Shown: piece by piece, positions 39,629 to 51,400 of the stretch
Layout: the number at the start of each line of letters is the position of its first letter
How positions within the stretch are numbered: the stretch's first letter is position 1
NCBI GenBank assembly: GCA_963700985.1
Contig: OY969554.1
Coordinates: 1,728,001-1,792,000, forward strand
DNA from: an uncultured Chlamydiales bacterium
GTDB lineage: Bacteria > Chlamydiota > Chlamydiia > Chlamydiales > Rhabdochlamydiaceae
Length of the DNA: 64,000 nt
Direction: 5' to 3'
Notes under the pieces: model-generated
What the model saw: only the letters and a program-made list of their open reading frames with translations
What the model was told of the DNA's origin: nothing
Databases searched by the model: none
Program-made: the position numbers and the translations under genes

Positions 39629-39632
39629 TGAG

Positions 39633-39953
39633 CTATTGAGCTTTGATTTTGATGTCTACGCCGGCAGCAACTGGCAAAACTTTAAGTTTGTCAATCGTGT
39701 CAGGTGTTGGGTTCAGAATGTCAAGCATGCGGATATGTGTGCGCATCTCAAACTGCTCGCGTGATTTTTTGTCGACGTGAGGTGAGCGCAGCACAGTGAA
39801 GATCTCGCGCTTTGTTGGGAGAGGAATTGGACCCGCGATACGCGCACCAGTGCGCTTCGCTGTCTCAACGATATCTGCTGTTGAGCGGTCGAGGACACGT
39901 TGATCGTAACCCTTCAACCGTATTCTTATCTTTTTTTTGGTCTGCTTTGCCAT
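39633..39953 (-). CDS. rpsJ: 30S ribosomal protein S10
   Basis: [16 protein letters not shown] and [14 protein letters not shown] motifs. Confidence 0.98.
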   Translation of the reverse strand: MAKQTKKKIRIRLKGYDQRVLDRSTADIVETAKRTGARIAGPIPLPTKREIFTVLRSPHVDKKSREQFEMRTHIRMLDILNPTPDTIDKLKVLPVAAGVDIKIKAQ

Positions 39954-39961
39954 AATTCTCT

Positions 39962-42052
39962 TTATTTTTTCACAATCTCTTCTTGGATCTTAGTTGGAAC
40001 ACGCTCGAAGTGGCTTGGTTCCATGGTGTATGTCGCACGGCCTGAGCTGATAGAGCGCAGCTGTGTCGAATAACCAAACATCTCACTGAGGGGCACTTCA
40101 GATTCTACTTCTACGAGGCCTTTGAGAGATTGCTGGTTTAAAATCTTCCCGCGGCGTCTGTTTAAGTCGCCAATGACGTCGCCCATGAACTGATCAGGCG
40201 TAGTCACTACCACTTTCATGATTGGTTCAAGAAGAACTGGCTTACACTTACGAGAAGCTTCTTTTACAGCCATCGAGGCGCAAATCTTAAACGCCATCTC
40301 ACTAGAGTCAACTTCGTGGTAAGAACCGTAAGTGATCGCCACTTTGACGTCGACCAGCGGATAGCCTGCCAACACGCCTGTAGTGAGTCCCTCTTCAATA
40401 CCTTTGATACAAGGATTGATGTATTCTTTTGGAATAACACCGCCAACAATCTTGCTGACGATCTCATTGCCTTTACCTTTCTCATTTGGCTCGATTTCCA
40501 AGCAGACGTGCGCGTATTGACCGCGGCCACCAGATTGCTTGACGTACTTGGTTTCAGTTGAGCCTGGGATGCTAATTGTTTCTTTGTAGGCAACTTCAGG
40601 CTTACCTACGTTCGCTTCCACGTGGAATTCGCGGAACATACGGTCTCTTAAAATCTCGAGGTGAAGTTCACCCATACCTGCAATGATGGTCTGGCCTGTC
40701 TCTTCGTTGGTCTGAACGCGGAAAGTAGGATCTTCTTCAGAGAGCGAGCTCAATGCTAAAGAGAGTTTCTCGCGATCTCCCTTAGACTTAGGCTCGATTG
40801 CCATAGAGATAACTGGTTCTGGGAACTCCATCTTCTCTAAGAGCAGAGGGCTGTCTTCAGAGCAGAGGGTATCGCCAGTACTTGTATATTTTAAGCCGAT
40901 GCACGCAGCGATGTCGCCGGTGAAAAAGTCGTCGCGGTCTTTACGCTGGTTAGCATGCATCTCAAGCAAGCGAGACACGCGTTCTCTTTTATCTTTGGTC
41001 GTATTGATTAGGCTGGTGCCTTTTGAGAGCGTACCACAGTAGACGCGCACGAAAGTTAATCTGCCTACATACGGATCGGACATGATTTTAAACGCAAGAG
41101 CAGCCAAAGGAGCGCTGTCATCAGGATTTAACTCCATCGGCTCATCTGTGTCGATGTTGATGCCTTTAATTGTGCCGCGATCGAGCGGAGAAGGCATCCA
41201 GTTTACAACGGCATCCAGAAGAGGTTGAATCCCTTTGTTCTTGAAGGCTGTGCCGCAAAGAACAGGATTGAGTTTGTTTGTGACCACGCCTTTACGAATA
41301 GCAGCATGGATCTCTTCTTGAGTAAGTGAATCTGGGTTCTCAAGCACCTTCGTCATGAAGGACTCATTCGATTCATCGATTGTAGCTAACTCTTCGAGGA
41401 GTTCTGAACGCATTTTTTTGCAGAGTTCGAGAAGGTCGGCTGGGATTTCTGCAACTGTATATTTTGCGCCAAGAGTTTCGTCGAGGAAGAGGTAAGCTTG
41501 CATTGTCACTAGATCGACCATGCCTTTAAATTCACCTTCTGAACCGATTGGGCACTGGACAGGAATCGCATTCGCGCCGAGTTTTTCTCTCATAGACTTG
41601 ACTGACATGAAATAGTCTGCGCCTACGCGGTCCATCTTGTTGATGAAGGCGATACGCGGAACTTTATAACGTTCAGCTTGTCTCCAAACAGTTTCAGATT
41701 GAGGTTGCACGCCAGCGACGGCATCAAAGACAGCAACGGCGCCATCGAGAACGCGCAGAGAGCGCTCCACTTCAATCGTGAAGTCTACGTGGCCAGGAGT
41801 ATCGATAATGTTGATTTTAGAGTCATTCCAATAGACAGTAGTAGAAGCTGAGGTGATCGTGATTCCACGTTCACGCTCTTGTTCCATAAAGTCCATCGTG
41901 GCAGCGCCTTCATGCACCTCTCCGAGGCGATGAACTCGACCAGAGTAATAAAGAATACGCTCGGTACAAGTGGTCTTTCCGGCGTCAATGTGCGCCATGA
42001 TCCCAATGTTACGTACTCTTTCTAACTTATCTGTTTCTGCTCGCTTGCCCAT
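39962..42052 (-). CDS. fusA: Elongation factor G
   Basis: [23 protein letters not shown] and GMGELHLE motifs. Confidence 0.99.
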   Translation of the reverse strand: MGKRAETDKLERVRNIGIMAHIDAGKTTCTERILYYSGRVHRLGEVHEGAATMDFMEQERERGITITSASTTVYWNDSKINIIDTPGHVDFTIEVERSLRVLDGAVAVFDAVAGVQPQSETVWRQAERYKVPRIAFINKMDRVGADYFMSVKSMREKLGANAIPVQCPIGSEGEFKGMVDLVTMQAYLFLDETLGAKYTVAEIPADLLELCKKMRSELLEELATIDESNESFMTKVLENPDSLTQEEIHAAIRKGVVTNKLNPVLCGTAFKNKGIQPLLDAVVNWMPSPLDRGTIKGINIDTDEPMELNPDDSAPLAALAFKIMSDPYVGRLTFVRVYCGTLSKGTSLINTTKDKRERVSRLLEMHANQRKDRDDFFTGDIAACIGLKYTSTGDTLCSEDSPLLLEKMEFPEPVISMAIEPKSKGDREKLSLALSSLSEEDPTFRVQTNEETGQTIIAGMGELHLEILRDRMFREFHVEANVGKPEVAYKETISIPGSTETKYVKQSGGRGQYAHVCLEIEPNEKGKGNEIVSKIVGGVIPKEYINPCIKGIEEGLTTGVLAGYPLVDVKVAITYGSYHEVDSSEMAFKICASMAVKEASRKCKPVLLEPIMKVVVTTPDQFMGDVIGDLNRRRGKILNQQSLKGLVEVESEVPLSEMFGYSTQLRSISSGRATYTMEPSHFERVPTKIQEEIVKK

Positions 42053-42069
42053 ACTCTATTTCTAGCTCC

Positions 42070-42543
42070 TTACCACTTGTAGTGAGCAAAAGCTCTGTTA
42101 GCTTCTGCCATTCGATGTGTGTCGTCTTTTTTCTTAATTGTCGTGCCTTGATTCTGGTAGCAGTCTGCTAATTCTGCAGCGAGGTTCTCTTCCATAGAGC
42201 GGCCTGCTTTAGATTGAGCATGTGCAATGATCCAGTTAGACGCCATGGAGGTACGTCTATCAGGGGAGATTTCGACAGGTACTTGGTATGTTGCACCGCC
42301 AATTCTGCGCGACTTTACTTCAAGCGCAGGCTTTGCGTTTTCGAGAGCTTGCTCGAAAGCGGCCAAAGCATCTTCGGCTTTAACACGTTTAGCGAATTTC
42401 TCAAGCGCACCGTAAAAAATACGACGAGCTGTTGTTTTTTTGCCGTCTTTCATCACTTTGTTGATGAATTTAGAGACCATGAGACTTCCGTAAATTGGAT
42501 CAGGCTCGGATTCTCTTTTTACTGCGCGACGTCTACGTGACAT
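42070..42543 (-). CDS. rpsG: 30S ribosomal protein S7
   Basis: RRIGGATYQVP and MAEANRAFAHY motifs. Confidence 0.99.
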   Translation of the reverse strand: MSRRRRAVKRESEPDPIYGSLMVSKFINKVMKDGKKTTARRIFYGALEKFAKRVKAEDALAAFEQALENAKPALEVKSRRIGGATYQVPVEISPDRRTSMASNWIIAHAQSKAGRSMEENLAAELADCYQNQGTTIKKKDDTHRMAEANRAFAHYKW

Positions 42544-42577
42544 CTGCTATCCTCACTTTGCAAATTGGAAAAATTAG

Positions 42578-42949
42578 TTACTTAGGACGTTTTGCCCCAT
42601 ATTTGGATCGGCTCTTCTTGCGGTCTTTTACTGCTGCACAATCCAAGCTGCCTCGTACAATGTGGTAGCGTACGCCAGGAAGATCCTTTACACGACCGCC
42701 TCTTACTAGAACGATACTGTGCTCTTGGAGGTTGTGGCCTTCGCCGCCGATGTATGCAATCACCTCTTGACCATTAGAAAGACGCACCCAAGCTACTTTA
42801 CGTAGGGCTGAGTTAGGCTTTTTAGGGGTTTTGGTTTTTACTTGCAGACAAACGCCTCGTTTTTGAGGGCATTTTTGTAGTGCAGGGGATTTTTTGCGCT
42901 TTTTTCTGACTGCGCGACCGTCGCGAATTAGCTGGTTAATGGTGGGCAT
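42578..42949 (-). CDS. rpsL: 30S ribosomal protein S12
   Basis: [10 protein letters not shown] and [11 protein letters not shown] motifs. Confidence 0.99.
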   Translation of the reverse strand: MPTINQLIRDGRAVRKKRKKSPALQKCPQKRGVCLQVKTKTPKKPNSALRKVAWVRLSNGQEVIAYIGGEGHNLQEHSIVLVRGGRVKDLPGVRYHIVRGSLDCAAVKDRKKSRSKYGAKRPK

Positions 42950-43126
42950 TTTGTCGCCTCTCTCCTCATAGAAACATAAGATAAGCGGGGAATATATCTT
43001 GATACTGATTTATTTGCAAAACCTATCCTCGCTGGGCTGTTAAACCCTCCCCATTAGCGAGAAAATAAGATATAAAAAATAATTTTAAATCCGGTAAATA
43101 GAGAATAGCACAACATTAGGAGTGTA

Positions 43127-45070
43127 ATGCGCCGCCATTTTCTCGCAATTCTGCTTTTTCTGCTCTGCTTTGCAGTTAAGAGCCAAGGGATAGAGAAGCC
43201 TCTTTCTAACGAGGATATCCGCCCCATGATGCAGGAGATGCTTAGTTACCATGTGGAGTTTAAGGAATTTTCCTCTTTAATTGCCAAGCGTTCTTTTAAA
43301 CTTTACCTAGAACAGTTCGATGTTGAGAAAAATTACCTCCTGCAGGACGAGGCCAATAAATTTTTTGACCTCTCTGAAAAAAATGCCGAGGCCGTAGTCG
43401 AAGGCTACTATAATGATGATTTTTCACAGTATAAGGGTCTAAATGCCCTGATCGTTAAGGCTATTACGCGTAACCGCCTGATGCGCGAAGAGATCGAAAG
43501 AGAGCTGATTTTGAACTTTGATGAGCCCAAAGCTGCTTATGGTGAGTCCTATTTTCAACATGCCACCTCTCAAGATCAGCTTAAAGAACGTATGCGCAAA
43601 AAGCTCATCCGCTTTCTCTATACCGAGAAAAAAGAGGGCAAGGGCAGATCGTGGACGGCTGAACGTCGTGCCAAGATCTTCGCATTCCTAGAAAGACGGG
43701 TTCGACGCTACGAAGAGGCGTATTTGCCTGGCGGGCGAGAAGCACATCGTTTTTCGATGCACGTGCTTAAATCTTTTGCTAAAAGCTTAGATGCACACAC
43801 CTCATTTTTCACCCCCGAAGAAGCTTTTGACATGCGTACCAGCCTAGAAAAGCAGTTCGAGGGCGTTGGAGTGGTTCTTAAAGAAGAAGTTGAAGGAGTG
43901 ATGATCATCGACCTGATTAAGGGTGGACCGGCAGAAAGAAATGGTCAAATCTCACCTGGTGACATGCTGGTTGAAATTGATGGCAAATCTGTGGTCGGAG
44001 ATCTTTATGAGACCGTGCTCGACAAAATGAAAGGCGCCGGCAGTAAAGATATAGTGCTTGGCGTAAGGCGTTTTGAAGAAAATGGAAATGAGCGCCTCTT
44101 GCGCGTGGGGCTTAAGCGCGAGAAGATTATCATGCAAAATGAACGTTTAAGCGCCGTGGCCGAGCCCTTTGGAGATGGCCTCATCGCTAAACTCACCCTT
44201 CCTTCCTTTTATGACAGTGACGAGGGAACCAGCTGCGAAAAAGATATGCGCGAGGCGCTAAAAAACTTCAAAGCAAGTGGAAAGATCCGTGGTGTGGTCT
44301 TAGATATGCGTGAAAATTTGGGCGGATTCCTCAATCAAGCGGTAAAAGTTGCCGGCCTCTTCATTAGCAGTGGTGTGATCGTCATCTCAAAATATGCCCA
44401 CGGCGAGCTTCAATATTTACGAGACATCGATGGCAGAGTTTTCTATACCGGCCCCTTGATCGTGCTGACCTCAAAGGCCTCGGCGTCGGCAGCTGAGATC
44501 GTTGCCCAGGCCCTGCAAGATTATGGCGCGGCAATAGTCGTAGGTGATGAAAGGACATACGGCAAAGGCAGCATTCAGTATCAAAACGTCACTGAACGAG
44601 GTGCCACAGCCTTTTTTAAAGTGACCGTCGGGAAATATTATACGGTTTCTGGAAGATCGACACAGATTGAAGGGGTAAAAGCCGATATCGTCGTTCCCAC
44701 AGAATATTCTGTATATAACATTGGCGAGCGCTTTCTCGAGTATCCCTTGAAAAATGACAGGCTTCCTTCCGCTTACGTCGAGCCTATCTCTGAGGCTGAT
44801 AAGAAAAAAGAGCACTGGTGGCAGCGGCGAGCGCTTCCCCACATGCAGAAAAAATCTTTTTGGGACCAACTCTGTCCCCTACTCAAGCTCAATAGCAGCT
44901 ATAGACTGGAGCGCAATAAAGACTTTCAACTTTTCTTGAAAAGCTTGAAGCCAGGTGCTGGGCAAGACTTGAAGAAAGGCGAAAATTGGGGGTTCGAAGA
45001 CCTGCAGATGCATGAGGCGGTCAATATCCTTAAAGATATGATTCTTCAGCAGGCTCCCGTACAAAATTAG
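43127..45070 (+). CDS. tsp: Tail-specific protease (S41 family, PDZ domain)
   Basis: LDAHT, DMRENLGG, SASAAE and TYGKG motifs; signal peptide. Confidence 0.92.
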   Translation: MRRHFLAILLFLLCFAVKSQGIEKPLSNEDIRPMMQEMLSYHVEFKEFSSLIAKRSFKLYLEQFDVEKNYLLQDEANKFFDLSEKNAEAVVEGYYNDDFSQYKGLNALIVKAITRNRLMREEIERELILNFDEPKAAYGESYFQHATSQDQLKERMRKKLIRFLYTEKKEGKGRSWTAERRAKIFAFLERRVRRYEEAYLPGGREAHRFSMHVLKSFAKSLDAHTSFFTPEEAFDMRTSLEKQFEGVGVVLKEEVEGVMIIDLIKGGPAERNGQISPGDMLVEIDGKSVVGDLYETVLDKMKGAGSKDIVLGVRRFEENGNERLLRVGLKREKIIMQNERLSAVAEPFGDGLIAKLTLPSFYDSDEGTSCEKDMREALKNFKASGKIRGVVLDMRENLGGFLNQAVKVAGLFISSGVIVISKYAHGELQYLRDIDGRVFYTGPLIVLTSKASASAAEIVAQALQDYGAAIVVGDERTYGKGSIQYQNVTERGATAFFKVTVGKYYTVSGRSTQIEGVKADIVVPTEYSVYNIGERFLEYPLKNDRLPSAYVEPISEADKKKEHWWQRRALPHMQKKSFWDQLCPLLKLNSSYRLERNKDFQLFLKSLKPGAGQDLKKGENWGFEDLQMHEAVNILKDMILQQAPVQN

Positions 45071-45158
45071 ACCTGCCGCCAAAGAAGTCTATTGCGAAAA
45101 ATCTTTTCCCTTTCTATCGTGTTCTTCGTCTTCTAAGATAGACCACGTCTTCTATTAA

Positions 45159-45223
<65 letters not shown>

Positions 45224-45231
<8 letters not shown>

Positions 45232-45276
45232 TATTTTTTTCCCAAAAAAAATTTGGACAAAAGCAAGCCAACAGTT
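45224..45276 (+). repeat. 53-bp direct repeat, copy 1 (attL-like)
   Basis: Identical to 52526-52578; starts within the tRNA-Phe 3' acceptor strand. Confidence 0.92.
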
Positions 45277-45316
45277 AGGGCGGTCTATCCGGGTTCTAAT
45301 TAATGATCAAACGAGA

Positions 45317-45617
45317 TCAGCTATACGCGTGGATCAGCTTTGCAAGAGTTTTAACCGTAGGTAATGCCACCCTTTTTTTGAACTGAATACACTGTAGAGC
45401 GCGCAATAAAAGCTTCTTTAGCGAGATGCGATTTACTTGCTGCCTCGAGAAAGGTTGCAATCACTTCCATTACGCCATCTGAGTCACCTTCTTTGAGACA
45501 TTCCCATATGGCACGACCAATGAAATCTTCATTGAGAAGTTCCTCAGTTGGGTTAATTTCTCTGACGCGAGCGTTTTCTTTAAGCATCATAATACCTCTA
45601 TCTCTCGAACGAGACAT
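45317..45617 (-). pseudogene. Addiction-module antidote-like HTH protein with one frameshift
   Basis: ...LAKEAFIARSTVY then, after a 1-nt shift near 45362, PTVKTLAKLIHAYS*, completing an HTH. Confidence 0.65.
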
Positions 45618-45711
45618 TTTCCTGGTTCCTCTTGGTCTGCCAAGAGGGTTCCCGAATGCCCTTTTCGTAAACTTCCCCTGTTTTTTCTTGTTTTATCAGG
45701 CATATCTATGT

Positions 45712-47084
45712 CTATGGGATTTCATGGTACATATCATGATGTTGGGCGTAGCCGGTTCCAGGAGGCGACATGGGGCGAGCGCCTTTGGAACGTAAGAGAT
45801 CGGAAATTGATTTGTTCTTTTCAGAAATAGCAACCTGGTAGGGTGTTAATCCACTTTTATCTGCAGAGTGGATATCAGCCCCTAGGTTAACCATGCGTTT
45901 GACTAGTTCAAGCTTTTTACGTGGTTCTAAGAGGGCTTTGATTAATAATTGCAAGGGGCGATGTCCATTCCAAGAAACGTCATTAACATTAGCGTCCGGC
46001 GTTTAAGATTTTCGTCACGGATTGAACTAATTCATCTCCTTTTCTCTTGATTAAAGCTTCTCCTAAAGAAGGTAATGGTGTTATGAGATTGATACGATGC
46101 TCTAGATTGGACAAAATGTCAGAATATCATCAAAACTGACGGGTTCAGTAAGATACATATCCCGCATCAACTGGTAATCACGTCGCAATTCAGGCAGTCT
46201 TTCAGCTCTAGGAACAAGGCGAAAGGTTCCAGGTTTGGCTTGGGTGTAGTTTGCCGACGAATTACCAAAGAATAGATTTTTCCATGAAACGACTCTGTCT
46301 CGAAGATCATGGTGATCAATAGCTTTGATTGCTTCTGGATGATTTGCAAGTACCGCAGTATCAGCATAATGACGGGAAAATCTATCTCGCATTGGTTTAT
46401 CAAGTGGTCGATGATATTCTGCATGTAGAATCGTAGCTTTTTCCCAGAAAGTTCGCTCGATCTCTAGAGCTATGACTTCACATTGCCAATCAGGAAATGC
46501 TGTGGGGAAAACCTCAGCAATCCAAGGTCGTATTGGATGACGTCCAGTGGGTTGCTGATCAGTTAGAGAGCCGAACTCAAGTTTTACAGAACGTTTGATA
46601 TAGGCAAATCCTGTTGGTAGCGATGATGGATAATGAAAAAGAATTACTGGTGAATTGGTTTGAGGGTCTTTTAAAAACTCGAATCTTGCCTGCTCATTTT
46701 TTCCTAATACGTCCAATGTCAATGCTTCTAACGCCGGCATAATCTGAGTTTGAACAGCAATTTCACATACCTCTTCAGCTTTTTTCCACCATTTATCAGC
46801 TTGACTGCGATTTGCAGCGGTTTCAGGAAGTCCAAGAAAAGAGGGGACAGCGAAAGATCAATATCTTCAGAAAACCGATTGATCGCGCCAAATACCTTTG
46901 ATAGCGAGGTGCCTCCTTTGAATACGAGGCTATCAGCAAATTCTGACTCGAACAGAATACCGAGTAACCAGCATACCCAAAAATCTTTTTCCATGATTAC
47001 AGGGGATATATTTCTCTGAATGGCAGCTTGTTCAATGTACAGGCGTCGTTCGTCAGAAGATAATTTTAAAAAGTTAAGTTTCAC
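45712..47084 (-). pseudogene. AbiEii-family nucleotidyltransferase toxin with C-terminal ankyrin repeats, split by three single-base indels
   Basis: EKDFWV, FKGGTSLSK, RFSEDID, RTFWEK and SRHYAD motifs; the frame-corrected C-terminus runs into GANVND...GHRPL and GADIHSADKSGLTP ankyrin repeats. Confidence 0.75.
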
Positions 47085-47085
47085 T

Positions 47086-47708
47086 TCAAGCCTCCTCGGC
47101 TAATTCCCTGAAAATAGAATGCATCCATTCTGGCGCAAGTCGAATATCTTTGAGTAGTTCTTGTCGTTTATTCAGTGGAATAATCCGCTTTAAATGTTCA
47201 AGCCGTTCTGCGGTGACATTTTCTTTGCCTAATTCACGGAGAGCTTGAACCAGAAGTCCACTGAGTCGACCTGCCATCGCCATATTTTTGGGGGTTGTTC
47301 GCCGAAGCTGAATGGTTGTTGCGCCGATTTTTACCGTTCGGCTTGGCCCATCTGTCAGAAATACAACTTTAGCTGGAACCTGTTCGGATAGTCCTAGGAT
47401 ATTTGCTGCATAAGCCCCGTTGGTTGAATACGTGTGCAATCGCGGCCAACTAATGCTTCTGCTATTTTTTCTGGAGACGGTTGAAGTTTTCCAAGCTTAG
47501 GGTGTTCTTTAGGAAAATCATATATTCCTCTTGCAAGGCGGCGAATAGTTCCTTTTCGAACGAGTCGATGAAGAACAATATCGACAGCTTGTCGACTACC
47601 AAGATTTAAGAAATCCGTTGGAACAAATACAGCACCATATCCACGGGCATTTATAGCCTTAAGTATTTGATAATCAATGCTTTTTGGTTTTTTTTGATTA
47701 TTCTTCAT
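47086..47708 (-). pseudogene. AbiEi-family (DUF6088-like) antitoxin with one frameshift
   Basis: wHTH RLVRKGTIRRLARGIY; after a shift in a G run near 47416, GAYAANILGLSEQVP; corrected length 207 aa. Confidence 0.8.
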
Positions 47709-47841
47709 GTAAGAAATGTTAACATGTTTTTCTTACAAATGCAAGGATTTTTCGGTTTTTTTTGCTAACCATATGCAATACACTCATAATCAATAAGTTG
47801 ATTGTTTGTAATGTTAGAAAAATTGCTACGTTTTTCTTACA
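47708..47841 (-). promoter_or_regulatory. AbiE promoter with two inverted-repeat operators
   Basis: TGTAAGAAA-N12-TTTCTTACA (47708-47737) and TGTTAGAAA-N12-TTTCTTACA (47812-47841); minus-strand TTGCAT-N17-TAACAT-N7-ATG. Confidence 0.7.
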
Positions 47842-47996
47842 AAACGAAAAAAATAGGCAGAAAAGTACTCATCAGAGGATCGGCGAAGCTAGACCTTTAG
47901 ATTTTTATAAAGTATTTATTTTTATCCAAGCCTAGAAATCAACCTGGAAAAACCCAGAACCCCAGTTTTTCTAGGTTCATTAGTCTTAAAAATATT

Positions 47997-48371
47997 CTAA
48001 TAAGACTTGCCTAGCTCCTCTTGCTCCAGCAATGCAAGTTCTTCATCAGTCAGAGCCGTTTCTACCAACTCAATAGGCACGCCTTGCTCTTCAATCATGG
48101 CAACGCGGTATCCTTTTAATGGGCTATAAGGACCAAAAAGAATTTTACATCCTTTGATCTCAGCATCTAAATCATCAACTTGAAAGGCGATATGAGGGAC
48201 TTGGGTTACCAATTCTGGGAGGCCGTGTCCTTCTGGAAAACGGTGCCATTGAATATGCCATTTATTTCCTTCGAAAGGGGTAGAGTAAAACTTAAAGCCA
48301 CCTACTTCAACGAGACTTTCGTCTTGTCGCTTTTCGGTAGTCGGAATTCCATAGTGATGGTATTTGCGCAT
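47997..48371 (-). CDS. VOC/glyoxalase-family protein
   Basis: YHHYGIPT, PHIAFQVDDLD and PIELVE motifs. Confidence 0.8.
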   Translation of the reverse strand: MRKYHHYGIPTTEKRQDESLVEVGGFKFYSTPFEGNKWHIQWHRFPEGHGLPELVTQVPHIAFQVDDLDAEIKGCKILFGPYSPLKGYRVAMIEEQGVPIELVETALTDEELALLEQEELGKSY

Positions 48372-48406
48372 TTAAACCTGCTCTTTTGAATTAATGGATT
48401 TATTGT

Positions 48407-51400
48407 TTATTTATCCAATTTTTTAACCCAGGCCATGTGGTCGTCAAAAGCTTGTTCTTGTGAGCGGATATGCTCTTCGGGAATAACGCCGTCTACCGCA
48501 GCGTCGGCAATCGTCTTCTTATACTTAATCCGCTCATATCGCATTTGGCACCAAGAACGCCTTTCTCCCTGAGATTCTATGAATGTAATGGGGATAACAA
48601 TTTCAACTTGTTTTTTTGTTTGCCCTTGTCGATATACGCGACCGTACAATTGCTCAAATTCAGCTCCCGTCCAGGGAAGAGATGCGATAATTACACGGGA
48701 ACATACTTTTTGGAGACCATCAACTCCTGTGCTGATACATCTTGAAGCTATTAAAACATCAATATTTCCGTTGATAAAATTGTCCAAAGATTCTTTTTCC
48801 TGACCTGAGAATACTGCAACAGTATAACCTGCTTCTATAGCGGCTCTTCTGATCATTTCAACTATAGAATCGACATAGTGACAGTAAATCAGAGTTTTCT
48901 TCGTAATCTCTTTTAATATTATAGGAAGCTTGACTTTCATAAGGCTTGTTTCAAGACTCAAAATGTCCCTTTTACCTATTTGCTTTATTTCCGAAATGAG
49001 CTGCGAACAATCCAGCTCAACGCAGCGAATAGCTAAGCTGGCTGTATATTTGGGTTTAATTCTCACTCCGTAGCGAGTTAGCATTTGATAGAGCGCCATG
49101 CAATTTTGCATTGTATTCTTGGTCTCTATCCCATCGAATGATTGTCCTGTAATGAGTTCAAGTAGGGTTTTCCCTTCATAAATGTTGTTGATAACTGGAG
49201 TCGCTGACATTCCCAAGACATGTAGAGCAGGATTGATTTCTCCTAATTTCTGTAAGAACCAAAAAACATTATTCTTTCTAATGGACATCTTGTTCTTTTC
49301 GCGTTGCTTTGTGAAGTGAACTTCATCCAAGATGCAAAAGTCTATCTGATGATTATTAATCAAGTTTTGCAGCTCATGCCTGCTAAAAGGTTGTTGGAAG
49401 TACTCATAATTTAAAACTAGGTAGACTGGTGTTCCAAAATCAACGCTAGATGTTCGCAATGAGTCTTTGATGACCACTTTAGCATGAGGAAATGCGCGAG
49501 GAATGGTCTTTTCCCATTCTGGAATGACATTATTAGGGCAGATGATTACTGTTACCTTTGCCCCAATTAGTTTCGACGCAATTACAGCGGAGAGAGTTTT
49601 CCCTGCACCGGTTCCAGACCAATTACCAAGTCTTTTCTCTTTGAGCATTTTAAAGCAAATAAGTCGTTGCATGAGATTTGGAGTGATGCTTTGATCTGCA
49701 ATACTAGGGAGTATTAAGCTGCTTGCGCCTTCGTATTCCTCTAAAAATGCAGATTTAACTTCTTCGGAGTATACATCTCCCTGAAAGTTCTTAATTTGTT
49801 GCACAGCCACGTGCTCATCAATAGCGGCATGCTGCCAACTTTTTAGTTTGGCAGAAGCTATAAAGAACTGCACAGCATCCTCATCTGTCACTATGGAAGC
49901 GGCTCTGTCCAAAGCTTCTAAAGCGGCCTGTGCTTGTATATTTGGAAGAATATTGAGAGGATCTGTCTCATCAGGCTGAGTATTTTCAAGAGCGGTTGAT
50001 ATACTTTGCTGCTTCTCTTGTTCCTGATCAGCGTTAATTAATTCCTGTGACAAGAAATCATCGACTTTTGAAGGCGCTCCTTCTGAGAATGCTATCAATT
50101 CATCCTTCGTGAGTTTTTTACTTTGGATAGCTTTTGCAATAGCCTTCGCTTGCCCATTGCTACTTAACGCACCACTTCTTTCAAAAAGCACAAATAATTC
50201 GGCGGGGGTTAAATTTGGGATATGATTGGCTAATGATTTTACAAAGAGTCGCATGCGATCAATAGTCCATCTTGAACAAAAAGGGCAGCCTCTTTTTTCT
50301 AGCTCCCGTTCGAGAATAAATGTGAGCTTCCCACTCGTGGTTACAGTCTTTTGAACACAACCAGAAAGCTTTCTTATCGCTTCCAGGTGAAACATCGAAG
50401 GGAGTTAAAGAACCATTCTTTGTAGGATGCCATTCAGTTAGCTATTTGAGGATAAACAGTTGCAAGGGAGTTACTATTTTGAACTTTTCGATTTATGCAA
50501 AAAGGGCATCCAGAACCTTTGTCTCTATATGTGCCCGCTCTATCACATACTATGGCATCCCAGCGATGGGAAGAGTTGCTCGTGCATATCCAAAATAGCT
50601 TTAGATTTAGAGGTAAAAGTTATTTGGTCTGGGAATAGTCCATGTTGAGCATTCCTTTCATAGTCCCATTCTTTTGTCAAAGACAGGATGAGTTTTTAGT
50701 AAGCAATTTGCATCTGTTGCTTTTCGATTCAAACAAATAGGGCACTCGCTTCCTCTCGTCACATTTCTCTTTAAAGCTATCACGCGACTTTTGACTGTTT
50801 GTTCCCATTCATGAGAAGAATTTTTTTCACAAACCCAGACGGCTTTGAAATTAGAGCCGGATAGAAACAGTTTCTGCTTTTTGTGGGAGATTTTTTGTCT
50901 TATGCCATTGACCTGCTAATGAGGAGTATAATGCTTTTAATCCATTACATTCGGGGCAGAGATTTTTATTACCCTTCGTTAAATTGTTTACACCTTGTAA
51001 ACGAGAGGCTTCGTAAGAATGTGACTGAGCGCAAAGCCACCATATAGGTTTGCGATGGTTAGGAGATACTTGTGTTAGGTCGAGGTTAAAGTTTTTTTTC
51101 TTGATCTATCTGACTTACAAGCTCAGGGTATTTAGAGAGGAGGCTGTCTTCAAACGTTACTTTGTGGCCTGAGCAAAACGGGCAGCCATTTCCTGCGGTT
51201 TTTGCACCAATCACCGCTTCCCACTCATGCCCTACCCCCTCAGCGCAAATCCACCAGGCTTTTTTGCTGCTAAATGGACTTACGTCAAATGGAGTGATGG
51301 TTTTATTTTTTGTAGGATGCCAGTGCCTTGCTACGTCAGGTTTTAAGATCCCCAAGCTGTTGTTCTTAGTAACACGCCTGCCAGAACAGAAAGGGCATCC

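Noticed and set aside
39633-42949. str operon lacking tuf (fusA followed directly by rpsJ)
   Set aside because: This is the normal chlamydial arrangement; useful as a taxonomic clue but not novel.
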